64,000 nt of DNA from a virus, in IMG/VR virus record IMGVR_UViG_3300017605_000140, positions 32,001 through 96,000 of that record, one strand, 5' to 3'. Every line of letters starts with the position of its first letter. Position 1 is the stretch's first letter. The notes under the pieces are model-generated. The model was given only the letters and a program-made list of their open reading frames with translations. It had not been told where the DNA came from and made no database searches. Both the position numbers and the translations under genes were made by a program. Shown in pieces: positions 39,439 to 49,813 of the stretch.

Positions 39439-40476
39439 TTAGTTCGTAGAAGCGATAACCACACTTATGTCCGTTATAAGCCCTAAGCCCCATATAGCGT
39501 ACCACGCTAATGCATGCTCTCTTCCAAAGTCGAGAATACCGCCGTCACGTAATTCAACAGGAAGAGAAATAGCGTGACCGAATGCATTGTCTCCAATAAA
39601 GATAGAGTCATAACGGTTAGCATTTCCATTACCAGTAGTAACACCACCAGTTGTAGTATCGGTTGTCCAACCAGTTCCCGCGCCACCTACAACATTACGA
39701 ACCTGAGTAGTTTCGATGAATACTACGTCGTTTAGGCGTCCGATTTCGCCCAAAAGGAAGTTACCTGGACTGGCATACTTAGTCATTTCGATAAACTGAG
39801 GATCGTTACGTAGCCAACGGCTTTGATGAGGATGGACAAAACAGACATAAGTCTCTCCTAATCTGGGGACGTTTTTTGTCGCAAGTGTTTCGACTGCGTC
39901 GTATACAGTCTGAGAAGTCAAATTGAAATCTCCAGTCATAGAAGCATTAGAGCTTCCTACTGTACCTACGTTGTAGTAGACCTGGTTGTTAAGTGGCCCA
40001 GCATCCTTCTGGTAACCAAATAGCTGAGAAGAAGCTTGTAGCAAGGTGTTTCTTGCACTAATGTCAAGGTATGTTGCCATGTTACGGCCTAGAAGACGTG
40101 AGGCAGATGCCATTACGTCATCAAAGGAAGCATTCAGAAGAAGCTCAGAAACAGCTACAGCGAAACCTTGTTCAGCTACAGTGATACTGAACTGAGAAGC
40201 TGTAAGAGGAGCTGTCTGCATACGGATACCTTCAACAAGCTGACTAGCCTGTCCTAGGTTGTTATAACGCATAAAGTTAATAGTAAGACCAGGAGTAACG
40301 CCTAGCTCTGTCTTCTTTACAGCAAATTGCTCAAAACGTAAAATAGGCATTGCTTGGAACAAAATTTCTTTTGACCAGATTGTTTGGATAGCTGGAGAAA
40401 GAGCCGAACTACCTCCAGGATACGATGTTGGAGCACCTGAGATATTCGGTGTGCCCGTAATTGCTGAACCAGCCAT
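39439..40476 (-). CDS. major capsid protein (N4-gp56-like, HK97 fold)
   Basis: follows scaffold and portal; G.TINF.RY, L.EG, VHPHQ...LR.DP, GEIG....V.FIET. Confidence 0.9.
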   Translation of the reverse strand: MAGSAITGTPNISGAPTSYPGGSSALSPAIQTIWSKEILFQAMPILRFEQFAVKKTELGVTPGLTINFMRYNNLGQASQLVEGIRMQTAPLTASQFSITVAEQGFAVAVSELLLNASFDDVMASASRLLGRNMATYLDISARNTLLQASSQLFGYQKDAGPLNNQVYYNVGTVGSSNASMTGDFNLTSQTVYDAVETLATKNVPRLGETYVCFVHPHQSRWLRNDPQFIEMTKYASPGNFLLGEIGRLNDVVFIETTQVRNVVGGAGTGWTTDTTTGGVTTGNGNANRYDSIFIGDNAFGHAISLPVELRDGGILDFGREHALAWYAIWGLGLITDISVVIASTN

Positions 40477-40536
40477 ATTTATTCCTTAAGTATTGTATGG
40501 GTTCGGGCACTAGCCGTACCCAGTGTGTTATTAAAC

Positions 40537-41355
40537 TTAACCGAGGATTCCTCGGCTTCTTTGTGCTTCACCTGACGCTATACCATATTCCTGACGAAAC
40601 TTCATATACTCTGGCATAGACATATTGTCTATGTCTTCTTTAGTATATTGCTTCTGACCCATGGCACCATCAAGAGGACCTAGAGCTGTATAACCAGTAG
40701 GTGAAACTCCTGGTGTTCTCAATGTCTGCTGCTGTCTTGCTTGCGCTACTTCTTCTGCAATAGACTGAGTAGCAATTTTTGCTTGTGCTATAGCATTATC
40801 GATTTGTTCTTTAGTTTCCCCAGAAATAAAGTTGTGAAACTGGGGAGCAATATCAGCAGCATTACTCTGTAATTGGACACTTCTATATTCCAGAAGCTCA
40901 TTGTATGCTCGCTCTTTATCAGCTATAGCACGCTCGGCTTCTCTTTCAGACTGTAGCTGTGCGAAACGGGATTCCCAAGTATCATTGGTTTCCTTTAGCT
41001 TACTCTCCAGAAGAGCCTTAGCAGACATCTCTTCTTCGCGCTTCGCTTGTATTGCAGCGTCCTTTTCAGCTTGCTTACGTTCGACTTCAGCAAGTTCCTG
41101 TGCCTTTTGATCCTGAATTTCTTGAAGAGTCTTCTGCGCAGAAGACCACTGAGTCTTTAATGACTGAATTTCAGTATAAAGCTTGTCCTTTTCTTCCTTA
41201 CGTGCTCTAGCAATATCTTCCGCAGAAAATATTTGTTCTCCAGTAGCACCATGCTGAAAAGCTGCTGGGGAAGGAATAGGACTTTGAGCACCATTACCTT
41301 CAGGATTTGGGGACTCAATTGATGTCACCAAACCAGGTTGTGTCGGAGTTGCCAT
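40537..41355 (-). CDS. capsid scaffolding protein
   Basis: charged coiled coil ending MSMPEY.K.R; between portal and capsid. Confidence 0.8.
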   Translation of the reverse strand: MATPTQPGLVTSIESPNPEGNGAQSPIPSPAAFQHGATGEQIFSAEDIARARKEEKDKLYTEIQSLKTQWSSAQKTLQEIQDQKAQELAEVERKQAEKDAAIQAKREEEMSAKALLESKLKETNDTWESRFAQLQSEREAERAIADKERAYNELLEYRSVQLQSNAADIAPQFHNFISGETKEQIDNAIAQAKIATQSIAEEVAQARQQQTLRTPGVSPTGYTALGPLDGAMGQKQYTKEDIDNMSMPEYMKFRQEYGIASGEAQRSRGILG

Positions 41356-41426
41356 TTTTATATCTCCTAAAATTTAACTTGATGTTTTCCGAATATGTCC
41401 CGAATAAATTAACTTGAATATTTACA

Positions 41427-43136
41427 TTAATTGTCGTCTGTAGGAAGCTGTCTTGTACCTAACTTTGTACCGTACGCATTTACTACTGCCTCGCGTAACG
41501 CATCCATAGAACCAGCACCATCAAGACTTTGTAGATCTATTTTATTGATAGTACCTGGTCCACCTGAAGGTGCCTTAGTATTTCCTTCAGCATCTTGTTC
41601 AGGTTCTACTGGAACTGAAGTGCCATCAGGTTGTGGAACCATTCCAGTAAGTTCAGCGGTCACAGAATCAATCTGTGTTCGCAGCATTCGAAGAGCCCCA
41701 TCACGAATAGCATCTTCGTGTAGCTCATCATAGATTTCTTGCAACTTATCGTCTGGGAACTGTTCTCCCATTTCTTTCAAAGCACCTCTGCGGCTTTCTA
41801 GATCCATGTTCATCATTGCAGCAATCTCATTCAGCTTTACTAGCTTATCTACTGGCAGAGGTGACGGCCAATCAATATCACTGAAATAAACTAACGGATC
41901 TGCTGGATCAACCACTAAGGGCTGTCCTTCTTTAAAAACACCCTCAGTAGAAGGATCGTATAAAGTGGCTTCTGGTTCAAAAATAAATAAAGTACGTAAA
42001 GCTAGTTCATTTATTTTTTGTAATCCCTTACCATATTGTATCTTCTTTAGCTCAAACTTTTGCATAAGGGGGTAAAACTGAATAGCAAGAGCCACACCAG
42101 ATGTATTAGAAATAGGTTGTGATTGTCCTAAAGCTGATTCCGGAACTCCTGTCATTTCATGCATGGCTACCTTAAGAGTATTAAGAACTTCAAGGGGACC
42201 CTCTAGCTCTACACCATTCTCAAGGTTATGAATGTCTACATCTTTATTGCCTATACTCCATACGCGGTTGGTTCCTTTCTCAAGCTGAGAAGGCTTCGCA
42301 CCAATAACTACTGTAATGGGAGCTGCGTGATAATTAACAATATCAGCAATATCAGTAGCAGTTTCATTATACTGACGATTAAGAGTAATTAAGTCCTGTA
42401 CATCCGACATTCCCCAAGGAGAACCAGAAGCGGGATGATTAGCGATATGCACAATAGGTATAACACCTAAAGCATTGGGTCGCTCATCTATTAGCTCATC
42501 ATTAACAAATTCTCTAATAGTATCAGAACGAATTAACTCGGTGTAAGTATACACACTTCGAGTACCTTCAGTATTAGTTCCCCAAAAGCGATATTTAAGT
42601 TTGAATTCTAGCAACCTATCCCTATCATGTGGATGCCAGGTTGGAAAACAATATGCTGAATTAAGGGGAATAATACGTACACGTCCAGGATGATTATTAC
42701 CGGCCGAATCTACCCATGCTGGTTCATAAGCCACTTTAACAAAAGAATCTCCAGAGACGCCCCCTTGTTGACCCATTTCCCAAGTTACGGCTTTCATATT
42801 ATTATCCTGTTGCCATATTCTTTTCAATAAGGCAGGAATAATATGATCGTACTCTTTTATGGTGTCAAAGGAGATACCTCTGGAGAAACAAAAGTTATTA
42901 ATATAATCAGCAAAAGCTTTAACGTAATTAAAGGTTAATTGAGGATCGCCAAATTCACGACGAGTTCCCCAATGATGCCCTAGGTACCATGCCCAGTACT
43001 CTGCGTATCTGTTAAGGCGGGGACCATGCATCTCAAACTCTTCATCGGAAAGCTCTACTAAACCTAGCGGCGAAATCGCAATAGCTAAGTCTGAGGCAGC
43101 AGCTCTCATTGAAGGGTTGTAGAACGTCATTGACAT
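41427..43136 (-). CDS. portal protein (SPP1 gp6-like)
   Basis: WY.G.H, N.LG.IPIVH..N, G.SD, SG.AL motifs. Confidence 0.9.
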   Translation of the reverse strand: MSMTFYNPSMRAAASDLAIAISPLGLVELSDEEFEMHGPRLNRYAEYWAWYLGHHWGTRREFGDPQLTFNYVKAFADYINNFCFSRGISFDTIKEYDHIIPALLKRIWQQDNNMKAVTWEMGQQGGVSGDSFVKVAYEPAWVDSAGNNHPGRVRIIPLNSAYCFPTWHPHDRDRLLEFKLKYRFWGTNTEGTRSVYTYTELIRSDTIREFVNDELIDERPNALGVIPIVHIANHPASGSPWGMSDVQDLITLNRQYNETATDIADIVNYHAAPITVVIGAKPSQLEKGTNRVWSIGNKDVDIHNLENGVELEGPLEVLNTLKVAMHEMTGVPESALGQSQPISNTSGVALAIQFYPLMQKFELKKIQYGKGLQKINELALRTLFIFEPEATLYDPSTEGVFKEGQPLVVDPADPLVYFSDIDWPSPLPVDKLVKLNEIAAMMNMDLESRRGALKEMGEQFPDDKLQEIYDELHEDAIRDGALRMLRTQIDSVTAELTGMVPQPDGTSVPVEPEQDAEGNTKAPSGGPGTINKIDLQSLDGAGSMDALREAVVNAYGTKLGTRQLPTDDN

Positions 43137-43198
43137 TTAGTTACATCCTATAAATTCACCGAATTAATATCTTTGTATATAGACTACCATAATTTATA

Positions 43199-43531
43199 CT
43201 ATATTACGTCACCTACCACAGTGATATAAACTGTACGGCCTGCTCCTACCGCAGCAATACCCAGTACTCCCAATACAGCCAGGGTATTGGAATATGCTAT
43301 ACCCGCTACGGTAGAGGTAGTAAATGTAGATATAGAAGTACTTGCAGCATTTGACAAAGTGTTATTTGGTGCTATTACTGTTGCATGTACGGTATGTACA
43401 TGGGTTAATCCTGCATCGCTTATATCAACACTAAAAGTTCCGTCAGATGCAGTAGTAGCCGTAGTATGAAGTAAAATAGGTTCCATTGTAAGATTTCCAG
43501 ACTGGTCACTTACATAGAAATTAAAAGCCAT
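43199..43531 (-). CDS. small virion beta protein
   Basis: Thr-rich beta-type ORF in the structural module. Confidence 0.6.
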   Translation of the reverse strand: MAFNFYVSDQSGNLTMEPILLHTTATTASDGTFSVDISDAGLTHVHTVHATVIAPNNTLSNAASTSISTFTTSTVAGIAYSNTLAVLGVLGIAAVGAGRTVYITVVGDVI

Positions 43532-43540
43532 CTTGTATCC

Positions 43541-45586
43541 TTACAGAGTAGCAAATTTATACGCAGGAACAAATGTAGCCTGAGATACGTTATTTAATGC
43601 TGTAGCATTCTTTAATGCAATTATATAACCTATTAATGCTGCTCTACTATCTACATCAGGATTAACAAGAAATTGTTCTGTCTCTATACCAGATAATCCG
43701 CCAGCTAAACCACTTGTATAGTCTGCTTGCCCATACTGAATGATAACCTGAGTTCCAGTGGAACCTGTTGGCAGTAAAAACACTCTATGTACCGCAGCAT
43801 GGTTATTAGCACTTAACGCAGTTATAGTACCTGCATTATCCCAGTTAGCAACATCAATAGTAGTTCTTGTAGCGGATTGCGAATTTGTAAGTTGAGTTAC
43901 GTATCTAAAGGTAACCGTAGTTTCAGAAGGAGTAGTTAATCTATTTGGATCATCTGCACCGTTTATAGCATAGCCAATACCCTGACCGAATAAATTCCCA
44001 GCACTCTTATTGATATTTAAATTTGCGCCATTAGGGGTAATTATATTTCCTGATACAGTGAATATTCCTAAAGCATCTATTAATCCTGTAAGTGCTACAG
44101 TTGGCTGATTAAGAGGAATTGGTGCCGTAAAAATATTATATAAAGCTCCTGTACCAGTTGTGGACCAAGTAATGCCTAATTGAATATTTTGTCTACGCTG
44201 CACTCCTGTAAGGGCAGTTGCCTGTGAACTTATTACTCCCGAGCTGTTGGCAAACCAGTAGTTAACTACACGAGTAAGAGCAGCACCAGATAAAGTTACT
44301 GTTTGTGCTGCAATAGTAACAGGAAGTATGGTAGGAGTTCCTGGTACAGTTACATAATCAACTATGTAACAGGTAGCTTGTGTAATATCAAATGCTGCAA
44401 CATTACCACCATTCTGAGTCATTACGCCACCAGTTAATACTCCCGTACTAGCAAAGTATGGAAGAACTCCCCACGATGATGCAGAAGAAGACGAGGCAGT
44501 AATTTGTTGCCCAAAAGCCGGTGTTCCCGTAACAGTTACGCCATTTACCTTAGATACTGTAGGCCCAGGATATGTTCCGCTCAAATCTCCTGAGGCTGAA
44601 CCACTTGGTGAGAAAGTAGTAGGAATCTGCCCAAAGGCAGCAGCATCTGTTGCGGACGATCCATTAGCAAGGTTAGTAATTTTTTGGCTATTAAGATTTA
44701 CTGATGTAGTAGGTGCATTAACCTGGTTAAGCGTTGGCATTGTATGTACATGCCCGGCATCCGCTACTTGTCCTACACTTCCGGCTGCTTGGGTTCCTAG
44801 CGGCGCCACGTTGCCCGCTGTGACGTTAACATTCTCGGTAGCTGATGTACCTAGTTCTAAGCTTGTTCGGGCTCCAGAAGCTGTTGTAGCCGCTGTACCT
44901 CCGTTGGCTAGAGATACTGGAGTAGTCAAACTAATAGTATTACCTACGGCTGTTAATCCAGTACTTACAGCAGTAAAACCAGGATTTGAGAACTGTGTCC
45001 AGGTGATAGGAGTAGTACCTATAGTATAAGGTCCACCAGCTATTACCGCCCAGCCTGATCCAAAATTAGTATTACCAAAATTTGTAAAGGTAGCAGAACC
45101 TGATATTTCTGTTGCTTGATCCATATCAGTAGCTCTAGTAAGTACGTATGCTACAGATACTGTTCCTAAAGTAGTCACAGTATAAATACCGTTATTAGCT
45201 GTAGCTGTTTCATTCTTAACAAGAATACGATCATTAAGAAGAACTGTATAACCATCAACAACTAATACCCCGGGAGCTGTAGCTGTTAAAGTAGCACCTA
45301 CTCCTAAAGTACCGTTGTTATATGTATTAGTAGGTAGGGATGCGGCAGTAGTAGCTGCTACAGACAGCCTTACCACAAATCCGGCAGAAATACCATCAGC
45401 ATATAATTTAGTTACTGCATGATTACTGTTTGTTGGGGAAGGCACTGTTAAAGTACCCGTAAATGTCTTGTCACCGCCAACAGATTGATTAGTAGTAGTG
45501 TCTACAAAATTCTGAGTAGAACTTCCAGTGCCACCTTGATTTACTGGCAAAGGATTAGGAATTGAATTAAAAGAACCTCTAGCCAT
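43541..45586 (-). CDS. fibre/decoration protein
   Basis: DRILVKNE.....NGIY.V......LTRATD module; shares QGGTG and neck repeats with the other fibres. Confidence 0.75.
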   Translation of the reverse strand: MARGSFNSIPNPLPVNQGGTGSSTQNFVDTTTNQSVGGDKTFTGTLTVPSPTNSNHAVTKLYADGISAGFVVRLSVAATTAASLPTNTYNNGTLGVGATLTATAPGVLVVDGYTVLLNDRILVKNETATANNGIYTVTTLGTVSVAYVLTRATDMDQATEISGSATFTNFGNTNFGSGWAVIAGGPYTIGTTPITWTQFSNPGFTAVSTGLTAVGNTISLTTPVSLANGGTAATTASGARTSLELGTSATENVNVTAGNVAPLGTQAAGSVGQVADAGHVHTMPTLNQVNAPTTSVNLNSQKITNLANGSSATDAAAFGQIPTTFSPSGSASGDLSGTYPGPTVSKVNGVTVTGTPAFGQQITASSSSASSWGVLPYFASTGVLTGGVMTQNGGNVAAFDITQATCYIVDYVTVPGTPTILPVTIAAQTVTLSGAALTRVVNYWFANSSGVISSQATALTGVQRRQNIQLGITWSTTGTGALYNIFTAPIPLNQPTVALTGLIDALGIFTVSGNIITPNGANLNINKSAGNLFGQGIGYAINGADDPNRLTTPSETTVTFRYVTQLTNSQSATRTTIDVANWDNAGTITALSANNHAAVHRVFLLPTGSTGTQVIIQYGQADYTSGLAGGLSGIETEQFLVNPDVDSRAALIGYIIALKNATALNNVSQATFVPAYKFATL

Positions 45587-45888
45587 TATTGCTGCACCTC
45601 AATTGTAAAAGGACAGTTAGCTGAAGATATTAATCTTATCTCAGTAGTAGAAACTACGCCAGAGCCTGGCTGAGTAGCTGGTTGTAGATTTTTAACAGCA
45701 TCCTGCCAGCTCATAGGAGCTACAAAATGACAATCATCTGCGCCTATTACAGGATCTACCTTATCAGTTCTAAACCAAAGATCAGTAGACCCACGATTAA
45801 TCACCTCAACGGTTGAATGCCAGGAGGTAAATATTACAGTAGTGACTGTACTAGCCGTAATAGTTCCACTTTGTGTGTGAACGGCCAT
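45586..45888 (-). CDS. small beta protein (paralogue family)
   Basis: similar to 45967..46269 and 46466..46849. Confidence 0.65.
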   Translation of the reverse strand: MAVHTQSGTITASTVTTVIFTSWHSTVEVINRGSTDLWFRTDKVDPVIGADDCHFVAPMSWQDAVKNLQPATQPGSGVVSTTEIRLISSANCPFTIEVQQ

Positions 45889-45966
45889 ACTAATTCCGCC
45901 TTATATGTGGGGTACTTCTGACACTACGCGGATTATTGTTACTTCAGTCAGAAGTGTAAATATTAT

Positions 45967-46269
45967 TTAAGATGCATATACTGTAAAAGGTATAGCAGTA
46001 TCTGAAACTAACTGAACACTTGTTCCACTAATAGATCTAGTAACGGGTTCTTGAGAAAGTATTCCGTTTGGAAAAGTAACTGCTTGCCCTGGTAATACTG
46101 GATAATTATCATCCGCTAGAATTACTGGCTCGACTCCATCAGTACGCAACCAGATAGTTCCGGAAGTACCCCGGTGAATAACTGTAATATTTGCTAAATA
46201 CTGAGGAAAGTTAACAAGAAACACCGTATTAATTGTTAGAGTACTTGATGTCGCTCTACTTGCAGCCAT
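45967..46269 (-). CDS. small beta protein (paralogue family)
   Basis: W.RTD..P...ADD...L.S motif. Confidence 0.65.
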   Translation of the reverse strand: MAASRATSSTLTINTVFLVNFPQYLANITVIHRGTSGTIWLRTDGVEPVILADDNYPVLPGQAVTFPNGILSQEPVTRSISGTSVQLVSDTAIPFTVYAS

Positions 46270-46277
46270 AGTTATTC

Positions 46278-46463
46278 CTATCTCATATTAACGACCGCAG
46301 TAGTCTGATCTACCGGATACTGTTGTTTTATATCTGGGCGCGTTGGTATAGTCCCTCCGCTTAATCCAAATGTTCTTAAAGTATTCTTATACTGTGGGTC
46401 GTACATAAAATTACTCGACAGTTCCTTAAAAGAAGAAGTTCGTCTATCGTGGAAAACTGTCAT
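46278..46463 (-). CDS. hypothetical protein
   Basis: packed ORF. Confidence 0.5.
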   Translation of the reverse strand: MTVFHDRRTSSFKELSSNFMYDPQYKNTLRTFGLSGGTIPTRPDIKQQYPVDQTTAVVNMR

Positions 46464-46465
46464 TA

Positions 46466-46849
46466 TTAGTAAATTACGTTTGTTCCCGGATCTTCAACTA
46501 CAGACACATTATAAACTAGTGGCTGATCCGAAATAAGATTAACCTTAGTCTGGGAAGTAGCGAAAGCAGGAACAGCAGAAGGATCTGTAGCTAAAGGAGT
46601 TGTAGTTGTAAGATCAGGTAACGGTAGACGATTCTTCAAAGCCAGCGTTACAGTAGCGTTAGCTCCAACACTTACAGTTGTTGTGTCAGCTCCACCTAAA
46701 GTAGGAGTAGTTCCGTCAGTAGTTACGGATAGTCTACCTGCGGTAGCTCCGTTAGTTACAGTTACAACTACAAACTTTTCCCAAGATGTAAGTGTTAAAG
46801 GTGCAGCGGTATTAGCAGTAAGAGTACCGTTCACAGAATGTACAGCCAT
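46466..46849 (-). CDS. small beta protein (paralogue family)
   Basis: MAVHS..GTLTA...TSW...TTDG..P..G.D...V.LISD.P. Confidence 0.65.
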   Translation of the reverse strand: MAVHSVNGTLTANTAAPLTLTSWEKFVVVTVTNGATAGRLSVTTDGTTPTLGGADTTTVSVGANATVTLALKNRLPLPDLTTTTPLATDPSAVPAFATSQTKVNLISDQPLVYNVSVVEDPGTNVIY

Positions 46850-46877
46850 AGTTCACGTCCAAAAATTATTAGTAGAA

Positions 46878-47138
46878 TTACTTAGTAGCTGTCTTAGGCT
46901 TAGTAACCTGAGATACAGCAGTGGTTACTTCAGAACGAAGTGTTTGTGCTACAAGCTCCACCTGTGAAGCCGCAGCGTGAATATCAGAAGCAACAGCTTC
47001 CTTAAACACATTCTCTACTGGTGCGAGATGTATATGTTGAAAAATAGATTCTAGCTTAGTTACAAGGACATGAAGATCTCCTTCAACTTTTCCCTTTATC
47101 TCAGCCAGCTTTGCTTCTAATTCAGTGAATACAGTCAT
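46878..47138 (-). CDS. hypothetical helical protein
   Basis: packed ORF. Confidence 0.6.
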   Translation of the reverse strand: MTVFTELEAKLAEIKGKVEGDLHVLVTKLESIFQHIHLAPVENVFKEAVASDIHAAASQVELVAQTLRSEVTTAVSQVTKPKTATK

Positions 47139-47140
47139 TA

Positions 47141-47578
47141 TCAGTCCGTTACAATCGCGCCGTGTAATCTTTCATAACGCCCGCCGCTGCGGTCTACTTG
47201 CTCAAAACGTCTAGCAGCATTTGTATCAACATTCACACCATGCATAAAGTCTCCAGTCATACCCGCAGAGTCAATCCAGGCAGCGGAACCTAAATGAGCA
47301 CGCTCGCGCATAGTTTCAGCAGCGGGCTTCTCGAATACATTGAGGTTATGGTTTGGTCGTCCTGGAGCTGTACGATAACCCTGCATTGCTCCTAACTGAA
47401 AATCACTGGGAACATCAGTGTCAGTCGCAATACCCTCTTCAAAGCGCAAAGGGCCGCGTCTCTCTGGATTAGCGCCCATCTTAGCTTCGTAATTAACTGC
47501 GCCGCGATCTCTTTCCGCAAATCTTGGAGCAGGGGCAAGCTGTACAGCGCGACCTGCTTCCTGGTACATTTCAGCCAT
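47141..47578 (-). CDS. conserved hypothetical protein
   Basis: RRGPLRFEEGIATDTDVP...ERAHLGSAAW; AAGGA RBS. Confidence 0.7.
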   Translation of the reverse strand: MAEMYQEAGRAVQLAPAPRFAERDRGAVNYEAKMGANPERRGPLRFEEGIATDTDVPSDFQLGAMQGYRTAPGRPNHNLNVFEKPAAETMRERAHLGSAAWIDSAGMTGDFMHGVNVDTNAARRFEQVDRSGGRYERLHGAIVTD

Positions 47579-47629
47579 ATTATATCCTTAATAGTAAGTC
47601 ATTATATCTATATAATATCAGGTAATTTA

Positions 47630-49204
47630 CTAACTTCTTCTACGATCGTAAAAAGGGTTATTACTGACCTGTAGTTCTTCCTGAACACTTTCTGGAATTA
47701 CACTTAATGCTATAGCTAAAGAATCACAATAATCATCATGTGCGTTAACTTCTTTAGGAGCTTCCGCCAGCATATAAGGTCCTTCAAACTTTACCTGAAG
47801 ATCTGACATCTGCTGAATAAAGTTTCTGTATGTTCTCAGCTTAGTAGTCTTAGCATGGGCAGGCCAGCCAATTTTTGGGGGATTTCTATCCAGCATTTCC
47901 CGCAGATACTTCCACCTGTCCGATTGAGCTGGTCTCTGTGAAGATATATCCACAATATCTATATGGGGTAATAGTACACGTAGCCGGGATATGAAAAGAT
48001 CTCCCATACCTCCTGAATCAACTCCTATAGCCCATACATTATATTTAGATACAAATTCCACAATGCGATAATACTGAGACTCCCAGTCATGCCCCTGAAG
48101 ATCCAGCCAGTTAAGTATTCTAGTGTTATAGTAGCCAAATTCATCTCTGCTATCCCAGTCAACAAATAGCGCTGTAACAACAGTACTGTCTATCTTTCTT
48201 GCTGGATCAATTCCCATAACAATAGGAGTAGTGTAATAACTCTTGACAGTTTCCATAGACTTATCCCCAAGCTGAGTTAATCGCTCGGAGGTCGTGAACA
48301 TTCCTTTTTCCAGTAGCCACATCAGACGGAAAGAAAGCTTGAACTCATCAGATTCCTCTCCCATCTTAAGCATATCTCGCGCGGCACCCTTTTTATAGTC
48401 TTCAGACCATTTTCCTACTTCTTTATAGTCTGCCTGAAAATGGTTAGTTCTGGCACCTCGTTTTAAAGCCTCTCTTTTATTATCCTGAATTTGCCGGTAG
48501 AAGACACCCTTCTGATAAGTAGGTGTACCAGTCATTACAAAAGTACCGAAAGTAGAGGCAAGCATGGGAGATATTGACTTATCTACTACTTTTTGGTCCG
48601 CTACTTGTGCCTCATCTAAAAGAACAATATGATAAGTCTTTCCTTCAATAGAAGCTCTGGGGTGTGCGGTTTGTCTTCTTACCAGGGAACCACACTTCTC
48701 CAGAGTAATTTCTGAACCTCTGCCTTTTATTTTTTCGTCAATATCAGAGAGGATGGCCTGCGCTCGTTCAGAGGTAAGCATAGAAACAATTCGGGAAAAT
48801 AGAGTTTTAGCCATATCATCTACCGGAGCAAAGGCGCCTACCCATACACCCTCTTTATATCTGTCCAACCACTCGTTAAAAGGAGACACTTTTGCTAATC
48901 TTGGAAGCATTATCATCAAAGTGGCAACAGTAGCCGCTACGGCTTCAGTCTTTCCCGACTGTCGGCTGAATAGCGCAGTAACAGTAGCTCCATCATTAAT
49001 AATGACAGATTCCATAAATCTAGCAGCAAATGGTTTTTGATAGGGGCGTAACGGGTGTCCTGATAATTCATCTGCAAATACAAGAAGTCTAGATACTAAC
49101 TCATCAATCCATGCCTGAGAACTAGGATCTAAATCTATTTTAGTAGTGTTATATGCTTCTAACTCTTCCTCGGTTAATTCATCTAAATCAACATCAGTAT
49201 TCAT
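47630..49204 (-). CDS. terminase large subunit
   Basis: SRQSGKT Walker A, LLDEAQ Walker B, GTP, GIDPA and HDDYCDS nuclease motifs. Confidence 0.93.
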   Translation of the reverse strand: MNTDVDLDELTEEELEAYNTTKIDLDPSSQAWIDELVSRLLVFADELSGHPLRPYQKPFAARFMESVIINDGATVTALFSRQSGKTEAVAATVATLMIMLPRLAKVSPFNEWLDRYKEGVWVGAFAPVDDMAKTLFSRIVSMLTSERAQAILSDIDEKIKGRGSEITLEKCGSLVRRQTAHPRASIEGKTYHIVLLDEAQVADQKVVDKSISPMLASTFGTFVMTGTPTYQKGVFYRQIQDNKREALKRGARTNHFQADYKEVGKWSEDYKKGAARDMLKMGEESDEFKLSFRLMWLLEKGMFTTSERLTQLGDKSMETVKSYYTTPIVMGIDPARKIDSTVVTALFVDWDSRDEFGYYNTRILNWLDLQGHDWESQYYRIVEFVSKYNVWAIGVDSGGMGDLFISRLRVLLPHIDIVDISSQRPAQSDRWKYLREMLDRNPPKIGWPAHAKTTKLRTYRNFIQQMSDLQVKFEGPYMLAEAPKEVNAHDDYCDSLAIALSVIPESVQEELQVSNNPFYDRRRS

Positions 49205-49248
49205 ATTATTCTCCTAATACATAGCGCGTATACCTTATTGTACCTAAG

Positions 49249-49277
49249 TTGACAGACGTAGTGACACGCGCTACTGT
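49249..49277 (+). promoter_or_regulatory. promoter of the counter-oriented membrane gene
   Basis: TTGACA-17 nt-TACTGT, then AGGAGG RBS. Confidence 0.6.
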
Positions 49278-49308
49278 TAACTTCAACAGAACTTACTAGG
49301 AGGTAGCC

Positions 49309-49560
49309 ATGGATAACGATATGTTTGACCAAAACTCAGATAATAATCATTTTCAAGAATTTGCACGACCAGTCATAGCAGGTATCATAGGCAGTTATAT
49401 AGGTCATAAACTAGATCAGACTAGATTTGGATACTGGTTTAATACTAATACTACAATTGGTATTATATGCTACTGGCTAAAAATACTTTTTCTTTTGGCA
49501 ATTATAAGCGGAATTATATTGTTCTTCTATATTTATCTCACTACTCCGGAAGTCGGATAA
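49309..49560 (+). CDS. small membrane protein
   Basis: own promoter and RBS; two hydrophobic segments. Confidence 0.7.
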   Translation: MDNDMFDQNSDNNHFQEFARPVIAGIIGSYIGHKLDQTRFGYWFNTNTTIGIICYWLKILFLLAIISGIILFFYIYLTTPEVG

Positions 49561-49813
49561 ATCTTTCTTCCAAAACCTGTATAGCGGCTAATAAAGATAC
49601 TGCACCAACTCGTATATCTTCGGTGTACATAAGGGTCTGATCCGTATTTCTATGGGTCAGACCCTTTCTCATTTCAGTAACATTTTTTCCTATACCTGTA
49701 TGGATATTATCTATCCATCGTATTAGCTCAGCATCAGATGTGCTTCGTAACCTGTTGAGTAACCTAATTTTGATTCTTTCATTAGGTTTATGTCTCTTAA
49801 TACTGAACATCAC
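49541..49813 (-). CDS. hypothetical protein
   Basis: packed ORF. Confidence 0.6.
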   Translation of the reverse strand: MMFSIKRHKPNERIKIRLLNRLRSTSDAELIRWIDNIHTGIGKNVTEMRKGLTHRNTDQTLMYTEDIRVGAVSLLAAIQVLEERFIRLPE

